Positions 40,125-52,217 are shown, counted from the stretch's first letter. The stretch is DNA of 64,000 nt from Promethearchaeota archaeon (GCA_019057795.1 JAHLWS010000021.1:1-64000); one strand, 5' to 3'. The notes: generated by a model from the letters alone, not told the origin. Numbers and translations are program-made.

Positions 40125-41609
40125 TTAATGATGAACTGGTCGACCCTTTTTGTGTATTGCCATACCAAAAACATCTTCCATCCCTTCTAAAACCATCTCG
40201 CTGATGGTTGGGTGTGAATGTATTGTTTCTGCGACATCGTGAACTGTTAATCCGTGTTGCATGGCTAAAGCGATTTCTGCAATCAATTCTGGTGCTTCAG
40301 TTCCAATACAAGATGCTCCAATAATTTTATGTGTTTGCTTATCCGCCAAAATTAAAATAAAGCCTTCTTCTTCACCCATACACTTCGCTTTTCCTAGCGA
40401 CATATACGAGAATCGTCCCATCATTAATTCGTATCCCAAATCTTTAGCTTGTTTTCTACGTATACCGACTGAACCAATATTTGGGCTTGTAAAAATGGTT
40501 GCTGGAACAACCTTATAATCTGTGGTTCTTTCTTCAACAGGAAATCCACCTAAGCTAGCTAAAGTGTTTGCAACGGCAACATCCCCTTCGTGACTAGCAA
40601 CATGGGCAAGCATAAGTCCGCCTGTCACGTCACCAATGGCATAGATCCCTTTTACGGAAGTTTCTAAAGTCTTGAGATCTACTTTTATTGATCCTCTAGC
40701 AGTTTCGATTCCAAGTTCTTCTAATCCTAAGTTACCCGATTCTTTTGCTCGGCCAATAGATACTAAGCAATAATCAGCTTCAAAGTAGGACTTTTCGGCA
40801 GATTCTACTTGGGCTCTAGGAACAGCTGCTGAACAAGTTGTTGCTTTCACGCCCGTTCCAGTATTTTCAACTGATAAGACGTTTTGAGAGACATGAATTT
40901 CGATTCCTAAAGAATTTAATTTCTTTTGTAGCTCTTTCACGATCATCGGCTCTTCGGTTGCGATCGGAGAGGGAAGATATTCTAATATGATAACCTTACT
41001 TCCAAAAGCAGAAAATATGTTTGCAAATTCGCATCCTATCACTCCAGCTCCAATAATGAGCAATCGTTTTGGAACAATTCTGAAATCGGGCAAGAGAATA
41101 TCGTCGCTAGTTAAAATTCTATCGTGATCAATATTGAACGCGGGAATCAGTGCAGGAGAGGAGCCTGTAGCAATTATGACTCTTTTTGCTTTAATAGTTT
41201 TCTTTTCTTCTCCTTCTATTGAGATTTCAAAGCCATCGTTAGCATTTCCACCTAAGATTTTTCCATGTCCCATAAAAACATCGTTCTTCCACGCCTTTTC
41301 TAATGCAGCAATTCCGCCAGTTAATTCTGAAACAATTTTATTTTTACGCTCTACAGCTTTGCTAAAATCTAACTTTATATCACAAGTTACTCCAAGTTCT
41401 TCTCCATTTTCTCTTATACGTTGTATAAGTTCTGCAGACGCATATAAAGCTTTAGTAGGGATACAACCCACATTTAAACAAGTCCCTCCAAGACTCTTTT
41501 TCTCTATTAAGGCGACCTTAGCACCATATTGAGCTGCTCTAATGGCTGAGTGATAGCCACCGGGTCCACTTCCAATAACCGCTATATCATATAATTCAGT
41601 ATCCGACAT
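40125..41609 (-). CDS. lpdA: Dihydrolipoyl dehydrogenase
   Basis: GSGPGG, GGTCLNVGCIPTK, GAGVIGCE and HSHPTISE. Confidence 0.95.
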   Translation of the reverse strand: MSDTELYDIAVIGSGPGGYHSAIRAAQYGAKVALIEKKSLGGTCLNVGCIPTKALYASAELIQRIRENGEELGVTCDIKLDFSKAVERKNKIVSELTGGIAALEKAWKNDVFMGHGKILGGNANDGFEISIEGEEKKTIKAKRVIIATGSSPALIPAFNIDHDRILTSDDILLPDFRIVPKRLLIIGAGVIGCEFANIFSAFGSKVIILEYLPSPIATEEPMIVKELQKKLNSLGIEIHVSQNVLSVENTGTGVKATTCSAAVPRAQVESAEKSYFEADYCLVSIGRAKESGNLGLEELGIETARGSIKVDLKTLETSVKGIYAIGDVTGGLMLAHVASHEGDVAVANTLASLGGFPVEERTTDYKVVPATIFTSPNIGSVGIRRKQAKDLGYELMMGRFSYMSLGKAKCMGEEEGFILILADKQTHKIIGASCIGTEAPELIAEIALAMQHGLTVHDVAETIHSHPTISEMVLEGMEDVFGMAIHKKGRPVHH

Positions 41610-41739
41610 AATTTAGTTTCCGACATCCTTTTTATCAACTTCTTTAATATAAAGTAATAAATACTATATTTTAATTGATATAAATTATACAAACAATATT
41701 AAATTTAATAAATAATAATTCAAATAGCAGTGTTCAAAT

Positions 41740-43167
41740 TTGTTCGTTAAAAATTTATCGCAATTATCTCCTAAAAGCTTAGACAAACTTACGTTAGAGT
41801 TAAGAAAAGTAGGACTTGAAGCTTTGGAAATTGCGATTAAATCAGTTGAGCCGAGCAATCTAATCCAGAATAATGTTAAAGTTTTTGATGGTAAATTAAA
41901 TATTCAAAAGGATAAATTCGATCTCAATAAATATAACAATATTTTTATAATTGGAGGTGGAAAAGCTTCTGCTCAAATGAGTTTAGCACTCGAAAAAATT
42001 TTGAAAAAACAACCTAAGATAAAATACGAAGGATTTATCAACATTCCAGAAGGTCAAAAAATAAGAGACTACAGTCCTTCGAGCAAAATAAGGATGAATC
42101 GTGCTTCCCATCCTATTCCAAACGAAAAGGGTTTAACTGGCACGAAGGAAATGGTGAAAATTGTTGAAAATGCCACAAAAAACGATTTAATTATTTGCGT
42201 AATTTCAGGTGGAGGTTCCGCCTTATTGCCTTTGCCTAAACAAGGTATAACTCTCGAGGATTTACAAAAAGTCAATTCGTTATTATTAGCCTCGGGAGCG
42301 TCAATTCACGAAATAAATATTATCCGAAAACATCTATCGGACTTTAAAGGCGGAAATTTAGCAAAAAAAGTACATAATACTAGTAAAGCAACTTTAATAA
42401 CGCTAATTATCTCGGATGTAGTAGGAAATAATTTGGATTCTATTGCCTCTGGGCCTACAGTTCCAGACTTGACAACTTTTAACCAAGCTTATGATGTGTT
42501 AAAAAAGTATAATTTAAGCGATAAGATTCCTTCTTCGATAAAAAAAATAATTGAAAAAGGTTTGAGCGACCTGAGATTAGAAAACCCTAAGGAACACGAT
42601 GTTTGCTTTAATAATATATTCAATTATTTAATCGGAAGCGTCGATTTAGCTGTTGAAGAAGTATCAGCAAATCTGAAAGCTTTTAATTATATCATCGACT
42701 ATTTTACAAATGAAATTGTAGGTGAGGCTGTAGATTTTGGAAAGGATTTACACGAATTAATTTCAAAAAAATTAAAACCATATACCAAAAAACCTGGTAA
42801 ACATAAACTAGCTCTAATTGGCACCGGTGAATTGACAGTTACGATAAAAGGAAAAGGAGTTGGTGGAAGAAACCAAGAAATGTTATTGAGTTTTCTTGAC
42901 AATGTAAAAAATAAGGAAATTGATTACAATTTCTTAATTATCGGAGCCAATTTAGATGGGATTGAGGGGAATAGTAAGGCAATGGGAGCACTTATCGATA
43001 ATGTTTCACTTAATCAAATAAATAACGAAAAAATTAAGACTAAGAGCTATTTAGAAAACAACGACTCCAATAGTTTTTTTAAGCTATTAAAAAGCGAGAT
43101 AATTACAGGCCCTACCGGTATCAATGTTAACGATTTACTTCTTATTTTGATAGAACTTTATGTTTAA
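41740..43167 (+). CDS. Glycerate 2-kinase (MOFRL family)
   Basis: GGGKA, SHPIP, SGGGSAL, RKHLSDFKGG, IASGPT, GGRNQE and TGINVND. Confidence 0.9.
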   Translation: MFVKNLSQLSPKSLDKLTLELRKVGLEALEIAIKSVEPSNLIQNNVKVFDGKLNIQKDKFDLNKYNNIFIIGGGKASAQMSLALEKILKKQPKIKYEGFINIPEGQKIRDYSPSSKIRMNRASHPIPNEKGLTGTKEMVKIVENATKNDLIICVISGGGSALLPLPKQGITLEDLQKVNSLLLASGASIHEINIIRKHLSDFKGGNLAKKVHNTSKATLITLIISDVVGNNLDSIASGPTVPDLTTFNQAYDVLKKYNLSDKIPSSIKKIIEKGLSDLRLENPKEHDVCFNNIFNYLIGSVDLAVEEVSANLKAFNYIIDYFTNEIVGEAVDFGKDLHELISKKLKPYTKKPGKHKLALIGTGELTVTIKGKGVGGRNQEMLLSFLDNVKNKEIDYNFLIIGANLDGIEGNSKAMGALIDNVSLNQINNEKIKTKSYLENNDSNSFFKLLKSEIITGPTGINVNDLLLILIELYV

Positions 43168-43587
43168 CGTTTCGTTTAATATGGTTGCTTCTGGACCTAC
43201 GATGATTCCCTTCTCTACTTTCTTAATTTCATATTTCTCCAAAGTTCTCCAAACCTATTGGGGTAAATACTCCGGCAAGAACTCAAAAAGCTCCAGCCCA
43301 GATCGCTCGAAAAGAAAGCGGTTCTAAAGCGGTGCTATCCTCCGTAAAAAAAGTTAAGCGAGTTAAACAGGAAGGTTCGGGTTCGATACCACCAATAGAA
43401 AACTTTCGAGAGTTTAAGCTGTGGACTTTAAAAAAATTATTCTATGGAATAAGTACAAGTAAGAAAAAGCGTAAAAATTGTGGGTTATATGATGGAAATG
43501 CTTATAATTGCTTCCATGTGCATGATATTTATATAATAAAATTATTACTTTATTAATAGAAGTATTAAATTATAATCCTTTAATTTC

Positions 43588-44163
43588 ATGAAGGAATTTC
43601 AAATTAATAGATTTTTAAAGTTACGGTTAGAGAACGGTAAAACAAGTATTTACATAAAAGATCAATTATTTAGACAGTGTAAATTTTTACTAATTAATAT
43701 TGACCCTAATAATGCTTCTAATTTTGAAGGAGTAACTTCTATAGACGAAGCAGAAGAAATATTAGATGCAACTTCTATAGACAAAGCAGAAAAAATATTA
43801 GATCAATCATTAGAAGAAAAAGGATTAGAAGAATATGAAATACGGCCAGAAGAGGAGTTTTGGGCACATTGTTCTAACTTGGATGCGTGGGCAAAGCATA
43901 AATACGATACGCGATTGCTACATAGAACTCTGGCGTTTCCTCTTTTAAAGGTATTAACTGAAGCAGGAGATCAAATAGCAAAAGCAGTATTTAAAGAAGA
44001 AATTATAAAGAGATTCGAAGGCGGTCATCCAAAGGTTGTTCGCTATCTAATTAGAGAAGGTTACATAAATGAATATGCCAAAAATGAACTAATAGAAGCT
44101 TTCTTGGAAAGTGAGGATGTATCTAATCTAAAAAACTGCAAACTCTTTGTAAAACGGATATGA
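43588..44163 (+). CDS. N-terminal domain of a Lokiarchaeal-type LRR protein (split from its LRRs by a frameshift)
   Basis: LKLRLENGKT.IYI...F.QCKFLL, PEEEFWAHCSNL, YDTRLLH and LAFPLLK. The -1 frame at 44130-44135 continues KKLQTLCKTD into the LRR ORF. Confidence 0.7.
   Translation: MKEFQINRFLKLRLENGKTSIYIKDQLFRQCKFLLINIDPNNASNFEGVTSIDEAEEILDATSIDKAEKILDQSLEEKGLEEYEIRPEEEFWAHCSNLDAWAKHKYDTRLLHRTLAFPLLKVLTEAGDQIAKAVFKEEIIKRFEGGHPKVVRYLIREGYINEYAKNELIEAFLESEDVSNLKNCKLFVKRI
43734..43805 (+). repeat. 36-bp in-frame tandem duplication
   Basis: Encodes TSIDEAEEILDA / TSIDKAEKILDQ. Confidence 0.9.
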
Positions 44164-44897
44164 AAATCGCGGAAGAGTTTGACCTTTTTATGCAACCCGA
44201 CATTCCACAATATTCACTTGAATTTGATAAAAAAAAGCTTTCTGGATTGAATTTAAGATTAAATAACTTAAAGCAGTTTCCGCAAGAAACAACACAATTC
44301 GTCTCTCTTAAAAAACTTTTCTTAGATGATAACATGTTACGATCCATTCCAAATGAGATTTGGCAATTAAAGAATCTACGAGAATTGAGTTTATCAGGTA
44401 ATTTACTAGAAGTGCTTCCTTCTGAGATTAGTTCCCTAAAATCTCTTGAATCTCTCTCTTTGGACGTTAATAAATTTAAAATATTTCCAGAGGCCATAAT
44501 GGAATTAAATAATCTTAAATATTTAGGTTTAGGAATGAATCAAATCCGTGATATTCCTGAATCAATCGAAAACTTAAGAAATTTAAAAATTTTAGCATTA
44601 AATCGTAATCGTATCTCTAGATTGCCTGAGACTTTTGGGAAATTAAAATCTCTTGAGTTTTTAAGCTTGGATAACAATAAAATAGGTTATATCCCCGAAT
44701 CACTTGGTAAATTAAATTCCTTAAAAGAACTTGAGGTTCGATCTAACAATTTGGCTTCTCTTCCAGAATTTTTATTTAAACTCAAGTACTTTAAAAAGTT
44801 AGATATATCAGACAATAATATTTATCATATCCCAAACCTAAAAAAAAAGATTAATTCTTTAGAAGTGTTTAATTATGATAAAAAAAAATTAAGTTGA
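44160..44897 (+). CDS. Leucine-rich repeat protein
   Basis: About 8-9 units of 23 aa with pattern LxxLxLxxNxLxxLPxxIxxL. Confidence 0.92.
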   Translation: MKIAEEFDLFMQPDIPQYSLEFDKKKLSGLNLRLNNLKQFPQETTQFVSLKKLFLDDNMLRSIPNEIWQLKNLRELSLSGNLLEVLPSEISSLKSLESLSLDVNKFKIFPEAIMELNNLKYLGLGMNQIRDIPESIENLRNLKILALNRNRISRLPETFGKLKSLEFLSLDNNKIGYIPESLGKLNSLKELEVRSNNLASLPEFLFKLKYFKKLDISDNNIYHIPNLKKKINSLEVFNYDKKKLS

Positions 44898-44903
44898 ATT
44901 ACC

Positions 44904-45068
44904 ATACCTAAAATTGAAGACTCAGTAATAACATGCCCAGTTTGCGGATTTACTTTTAGAAACCGCGATCCCTTCGCAAAAAATAGGGATATAATTTGCC
45001 CAATGTGTGGATTTAAGTTTAAGGAACCAAGTTTTTTCCCTAAAAGAATAAACGGGTTTTCAGTTTAA
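44904..45068 (+). CDS. Small CPxCG Zn-ribbon protein (start codon unclear; not in ORF track)
   Basis: IPKIEDSVITCPVCGFTFRNRDPFAKNRDIICPMCGFKFKEPSFFPKRINGFSV*. In frame with the LRR TGA, with only ATT/ATA available as a start. Confidence 0.65.
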   Translation: MPKIEDSVITCPVCGFTFRNRDPFAKNRDIICPMCGFKFKEPSFFPKRINGFSV

Positions 45069-45226
45069 CGCATTAAATGACTTTTTATTAAATTCATGTT
45101 TTAGTTAAAAAATCTTTTTTAACTATCGTGAGAATATTTATTCTATAAAAATATATTAATTATTATTCCATAGATATTTATGGAACTATAATATTAACAG
45201 AAATGTAAAAATTGTGGTAATCTAAC

Positions 45227-47392
<2,166 letters not shown>

Positions 47393-47550
47393 TCATTAAA
47401 ACTAAAATTATTTTTTTTTATATTTATATTTTTAAATTATCATAATCATTTAATAAACTAGAAAAAACTTCTATATTTAAGACTAATAGATTATGTATTG
47501 ATTTTGTACAGAATAAAATTTATAAATTTTAAAATTTAGAGATAAAACAC

Positions 47551-49221
47551 ATGTCGGTCAATAAACAATTTAACTTAGATTGGATGTTTGAATGTCCTGA
47601 TGCTGTTTTAACTTGTTCGACCCTTGAATGTGGAGACGACACGTATTTAGTATTTGGAGGCCATGATAAGACTCTATACTTAATGAACGAAGAATTAAAC
47701 ATCCTCGATAGTATTATGTTTGATGGGTGGGTAAGAACTACTTTCCCTATAGATATTACTAAAGACGGATGCCAAGAAGTATTAGTAGGAGCAGGAGACG
47801 GTAATTTTTTAGTAGTAAAATTCGTAAAGGGGATAAATAAGCTAGCAGGGATTATGAATTATAAATCTAAGGGTAAAGTATTATGTGTCACGGCGGGTGA
47901 TTTCACTAGAGATGGAAATATTGAATTGATTCACGGTAGCGAAGATAAAACTTTAAAGATATTCGAAAACATTGATTCCACTGAACCTAAGTATGTATTT
48001 TATTACGACTCGTGGGTAACTGCTTGCGTATTAGGATATTTAAAACTGTTAAATGTGAATAAACCTATTTACGGATTATTAATTGGTACTAAAAACGGTA
48101 TGCTTCAATTAATCCAGTTTAAAGAAGGCAAACCAGATATTATTTGGCAAAAAGACTTAGGCTCTCAAATTAATACAATTGAAGTGGGCGATGTAAAAAA
48201 TGACGGTTTCAACGAAATAGTAGTAGGTACAGACGCATCTCAATTAATAATATTTAATAGCGAAGGCGATGAGTTAAAGTCTATAACTCTTGAAGAAGGG
48301 CGACCTATATCTTTAAAATTAGTTGATATTGACGGTGATAACGCAAAAGAAATTATTGTAGGATGTGCAGATGGCACTCTTCGAATATATCACAACACAA
48401 ATCTAAATTCAATAGATCTAGAGCTGAAATGGAAAGCTTCAGCAGAAAACTCAATAAAAATCGTATCTACTATGAAGGATCCTAAAGAAGATTTAACGCG
48501 CATTATAGTTGGAGGATACGATCGAAGTATTAGGTGCATCTGCGATCTCGAATGGGGCAAAAAACCACCACTTGAAATTCCAAACAACATTGTAGAAACT
48601 CAACCGACAGAAGCGGAAGCAAAAGTGGAAAAAACTATCAAATTTGAGACAATTCCGACAAACATCAGAGAATACATTTTCAAATATTTAATAGATAATA
48701 AGATTATATTAAGTATTGCAAATGAATTAGAGAAAAAAGGATATCTCACTGATAGCGTTGTCGAAGAATTCCAACGTATGATCTCAGAAAAATCTGATTC
48801 TTACGAAAAAATTACATATTCAGTTTGGACACTACCAGAGGATAAGATAGGTTTAGGCGTTGCGGTCGGAACTCCCGCCAAAAAAGGTAAGAAATTAAAA
48901 CCTGTAGTGATAGAGCAAGAGATACCCTCACAAAAAGGAGGAGCGCTAATCGACGCGTTAAAAAAAGAGCCTCAAAAAACAAAGGGAAAAGGAAAGAAGG
49001 TTCCAAAAGAGACTATAACGGAAGTGAATATAAGAACAATAATTATTACACATTTAGAAAAACAGAAATTAATTCGGTCAAAAACAAAACTGGTCGACGA
49101 TTTGGTCATTTTAGGATACGAGAGAGCAGTAGTGGAAAAACAAATCGATAAATTAAGGATGGAAGGCGTTCTTGTGTACTCGCGTTCAGAACCTAAAGGT
49201 TGGAGTTTAGGTGCCGTTTAA
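47551..49221 (+). CDS. WD40/FG-GAP beta-propeller protein with C-terminal winged-helix-like domain
   Basis: GGHDKTLY, GDFTRDGNIELIHGSEDKTLKIF, DIDGDNAKEIIVGCADGTLRIY and GGYDRSIR. C-terminus reads KLRMEGVLVYSRSEPKGW. Confidence 0.8.
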   Translation: MSVNKQFNLDWMFECPDAVLTCSTLECGDDTYLVFGGHDKTLYLMNEELNILDSIMFDGWVRTTFPIDITKDGCQEVLVGAGDGNFLVVKFVKGINKLAGIMNYKSKGKVLCVTAGDFTRDGNIELIHGSEDKTLKIFENIDSTEPKYVFYYDSWVTACVLGYLKLLNVNKPIYGLLIGTKNGMLQLIQFKEGKPDIIWQKDLGSQINTIEVGDVKNDGFNEIVVGTDASQLIIFNSEGDELKSITLEEGRPISLKLVDIDGDNAKEIIVGCADGTLRIYHNTNLNSIDLELKWKASAENSIKIVSTMKDPKEDLTRIIVGGYDRSIRCICDLEWGKKPPLEIPNNIVETQPTEAEAKVEKTIKFETIPTNIREYIFKYLIDNKIILSIANELEKKGYLTDSVVEEFQRMISEKSDSYEKITYSVWTLPEDKIGLGVAVGTPAKKGKKLKPVVIEQEIPSQKGGALIDALKKEPQKTKGKGKKVPKETITEVNIRTIIITHLEKQKLIRSKTKLVDDLVILGYERAVVEKQIDKLRMEGVLVYSRSEPKGWSLGAV

Positions 49222-49228
49222 ATTCGTA

Positions 49229-49666
49229 TTATGTATATGGAAACTCTTTGATTTCGTTTTGGAAAGGTGCAAATTGATTCAATTCTGAAAAGTCTTTATT
49301 GTTATATCTAGAAACAAAGAGTAGTGAAATAGGTTCGATTTTTTGTAGAAATTTCTTAACAAACTTATCCGTATCTTTTTTCTTTTTATCTATTAAACAA
49401 TACAAAATGATAGGCTCTTTCTCATCAGAATCTGAAGGTAATATGTCAAATGCTTTGAAGATAAATAAAATATTATTAGACTCTAAATATTCTAAACTTA
49501 AGTTGTTAAACGCATTCTTAACAAATATATTAATCGCCGATATAAAAGCTCCCCTTAAATCTTTATTAGGATTCTTAAGATTATCTTTTTTTTCAATGTT
49601 TTTAAACACATGGCTAACTAAAACAAAACCTCGGAATACAATTCCGATTTCATACAGTTCTTTCAT
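49229..49666 (-). CDS. Stand-alone longin-like protein
   Basis: YEIGIVFRGFVLVSH...DLRGAFISAINIFVKNAF...ILFIFK...ILYCLID, giving the beta-beta-alpha-beta-beta-beta-alpha-alpha pattern. Confidence 0.6.
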   Translation of the reverse strand: MKELYEIGIVFRGFVLVSHVFKNIEKKDNLKNPNKDLRGAFISAINIFVKNAFNNLSLEYLESNNILFIFKAFDILPSDSDEKEPIILYCLIDKKKKDTDKFVKKFLQKIEPISLLFVSRYNNKDFSELNQFAPFQNEIKEFPYT

Positions 49667-49775
49667 ATTATAACTTATTTATTTGAAGTTAAAACTCTAT
49701 AAACTATAAACTTAATAATAATATTCATATTTATTATTACACAAAAAAATCACTTAAATCACTTAGGTTACGCAA

Positions 49776-49973
49776 TTGAAAAAAGCATGTAAATGGTATC
49801 AATGTTGCCCGATTAAATATTTTGTAGATCACGGAATGCTTGAAAAAGAATGGGTTGAAGATTACTGTTTAATAGGAAATAAGAAGTGTATTAGATATCA
49901 GAAAGAAGAGAGTGGGGAATTCCACCCCGATAATTTACTTCCTAATGGAGAGATTCGACAAGAATTAAAATAA
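49776..49973 (+). CDS. Small Cys-rich conserved protein
   Basis: CKWYQCCP...YC....KCIRY...HPDNLLPNG. Confidence 0.7.
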   Translation: MKKACKWYQCCPIKYFVDHGMLEKEWVEDYCLIGNKKCIRYQKEESGEFHPDNLLPNGEIRQELK

Positions 49974-50654
49974 ATAACTATTACCAACACATATATCATT
50001 AAATTGGTCAGAAAATCTTTGCTTTATTTCCCTAATTCTTTGCGTACAGTGGCAAGCTCCTATGAATTCAACTCCTTCTAGAAAAGAAAAATTCCGAAAT
50101 CCATGGAATCCCCCTATAACGGCTTTAATTTTATTCGATATCGTTTGACCCTTTAAAATAAATGCTTCTAAACCCGGATGAGCGCAACCTGAGATTATTA
50201 TTAAATCGTTTTTTTCTGTTTTTAAAAATAAAGATTGCTCCGTTAATCTACCTCCAAATTGACCAGATGAAAAAATATTCTTGTCAACCTCAATCATCTC
50301 AGAGATACCTTGAACTTGAGCTTCGGGGTAAGTCCTTATAAAAGATTTTATATCGTGGAGTGGCACATAAATTTCAATATCATGATTTATTTGATAAATT
50401 TCTTTTAGACTCCCTGTGTGGTCGAAATGGTTATGTGAAATTATAACTTTTTTTATTTCTGAAACTTTAACATTAAACTTGTTTATGTTGTGAATTAGAA
50501 TATCCCCCTTGCTTCCTGTATCAAACAATAAGTGGGTTTTTGAGAGGTTATTATAAATTAAGGTTGAGAAACCAAAATCTGTTAAAAAACCCGGTTGTGC
50601 AGCACAGATGTCGTCATAAACAATTTTAATTTCAAAGGAAAAGTCAGATTTCAT
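49965..50654 (-). CDS. MBL-fold metallo-hydrolase
   Basis: LFDTG, SHNHFDHTG, SGCAHPG, GGFH and CHCT. Confidence 0.88.
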   Translation of the reverse strand: MKSDFSFEIKIVYDDICAAQPGFLTDFGFSTLIYNNLSKTHLLFDTGSKGDILIHNINKFNVKVSEIKKVIISHNHFDHTGSLKEIYQINHDIEIYVPLHDIKSFIRTYPEAQVQGISEMIEVDKNIFSSGQFGGRLTEQSLFLKTEKNDLIIISGCAHPGLEAFILKGQTISNKIKAVIGGFHGFRNFSFLEGVEFIGACHCTQRIREIKQRFSDQFNDICVGNSYLF

Positions 50655-50744
50655 ACTTTTAAAAAGACTTTACCCATTATTAACTATTAGTTTTTGGATA
50701 AATATCTTATTGTGATTTTTTCCTTAAAATAATAGCTTCTTCAG

Positions 50745-50766
50745 GATATAGTTATTGAACTATATC
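50745..50766. promoter_or_regulatory. Palindrome in divergent intergenic region (candidate operator)
   Basis: GATATAGTT-ATTG-AACTATATC. Confidence 0.4.
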
Positions 50767-50904
50767 TAATCCTTTCATCGGTTTTCGAGATCGCAGAGGA
50801 ACTCGTTTGAAAATTATGGTTAAATCAAGTTTAAAAAGAAGCAAACAATATTATAAAACATTACTTTAACTATTGAAAAAAAAATGTAAAATTGCTCGAA
50901 GCGA

Positions 50905-51339
50905 GTGAAAATGACGCCATTTTGTCCAAATCCGGAGTGTGAAGCTGAAATTGAAGAAAATTGGAATAGATGTCCGGAGTGTGAATGTGATTTAAATCTT
51001 AATGGTCAACAGTTAGATGAAAAATCTCAACAATCAGATGAAAATACTCAATATACTCTATTACCCCCGAAAACCTCTCAACTTCCAACATACACATACA
51101 AACCGCCACCTAAAAGTTCTAATGGATTTGGCACTCTTTCATTGATATTAGCGATAATAGGATGCTTCTGTTTTGCGTATGTCTTTGGCCCTATTGCTAT
51201 GATTCTAGGAGGTATTGGGATAAGTAAGGATGACAGCCCAAGCAGGGCTAAAGCGGGGTTAGTATTCGGGATTTTTGTTTTATGCTTTGGTATTATTTCT
51301 TTGATTTTCTCTATTCCGTTTTTAATATTTTCTTTTTAA
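50905..51339 (+). CDS. Zn-ribbon + Pro-rich linker + 2-TM (DUF4190-like) membrane protein
   Basis: CPNPEC...CPECE, GTLSLILAIIG...GPIAMILGGIG and AKAGLVFG. Confidence 0.7.
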   Translation: MKMTPFCPNPECEAEIEENWNRCPECECDLNLNGQQLDEKSQQSDENTQYTLLPPKTSQLPTYTYKPPPKSSNGFGTLSLILAIIGCFCFAYVFGPIAMILGGIGISKDDSPSRAKAGLVFGIFVLCFGIISLIFSIPFLIFSF

Positions 51340-51375
51340 TTAAGTGTGATATTCTTTTTGGGAATATTCCTTTTG

Positions 51376-51398
51376 AGAAAATCTCAGCGAGATTTTCT
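51376..51398. terminator. Hairpin between convergent genes
   Basis: AGAAAATCTC-AGC-GAGATTTTCT perfect 10-bp stem. Confidence 0.45.
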
Positions 51399-51410
51399 GG
51401 AGATATCCTC

Positions 51411-52217
51411 TTAGATACGATGTTTCCTTAAAGTAATTGCTTCTTCAGGACATTTAGAAACGCAAACTCCACAACCAAAGCATAAATCGGGGGAAAATGT
51501 TAATTTTTCGTTAAGGAGTTTTCGTGCGCCAAAGTAACACCATTGTTCGCATGATCCACAATTATTGCACTTGTTTGGGTCGCTATAGGCTATAAAATCG
51601 CTTTTAATCATTTGAGGTGAGCCACTTTTTAAGAACTTATTCATAACTACACAGCAACACGGACAACAATTGCATACCACATAATAAAATTCGGGATTAG
51701 GGAAATATATAATTTGGTGGACAAGTCCTCTCTGATCGCATTCTTCTAGAAGCTGTTTGATTTCTTCCTTTGTAACTTTTTCCAAATTTTCGGATTTATA
51801 GGGAATCTCGTGTAAAGAATTTCCAAACCCGATATGGATACAAGTTTTAATAGGATGGTCGCAATTAGGCAAATCTGAATGTTTTCGTTGCGTTTCTCTA
51901 CAGTAACAATTTCCTATTCCAACAACATTAGATCTACTTAAAAGCTCTAAAATTTCTTGAGAAGGAAGAAACTTAGTGCCAACCTCAAAGTTTACATTCA
52001 ATGGAACGACCTTTCCGCCCCATCTTTTCTTAAAGACATACCTATTTACTATATTGATGGTGCTAACGTTAAACTTATTATCGAGAAATCTGAAAATTTC
52101 TAATATTAACAACTCAAAAAGTCCAAAAATTGACGATAGAATTTTGCCTATTAATGGTACCCTCTTTAAGAGCCTATCAAATTTCGCATGAAATAACCGA
52201 TAAGGAAAGACTGTCAT
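51411..52217 (-). CDS. 4Fe-4S ferredoxin-domain protein
   Basis: CYCR, VCNCCPCCC, CNNCGSCEQWC and CFGCGVCVSKCP. Confidence 0.88.
   Translation of the reverse strand: MTVFPYRLFHAKFDRLLKRVPLIGKILSSIFGLFELLILEIFRFLDNKFNVSTINIVNRYVFKKRWGGKVVPLNVNFEVGTKFLPSQEILELLSRSNVVGIGNCYCRETQRKHSDLPNCDHPIKTCIHIGFGNSLHEIPYKSENLEKVTKEEIKQLLEECDQRGLVHQIIYFPNPEFYYVVCNCCPCCCVVMNKFLKSGSPQMIKSDFIAYSDPNKCNNCGSCEQWCYFGARKLLNEKLTFSPDLCFGCGVCVSKCPEEAITLRKHRI

Noticed and set aside
43180-43210. AGGTCC..GAAGCAACC (minus strand) resembling SRP RNA helix 8
   Set aside because: It lacks the GNRA tetraloop and flanking stem.
43370-43395. GGTTCGATACC-ACCA resembling a tRNA T-arm and 3' end
   Set aside because: Only a 2-bp T-stem, with no acceptor, D or anticodon arms.
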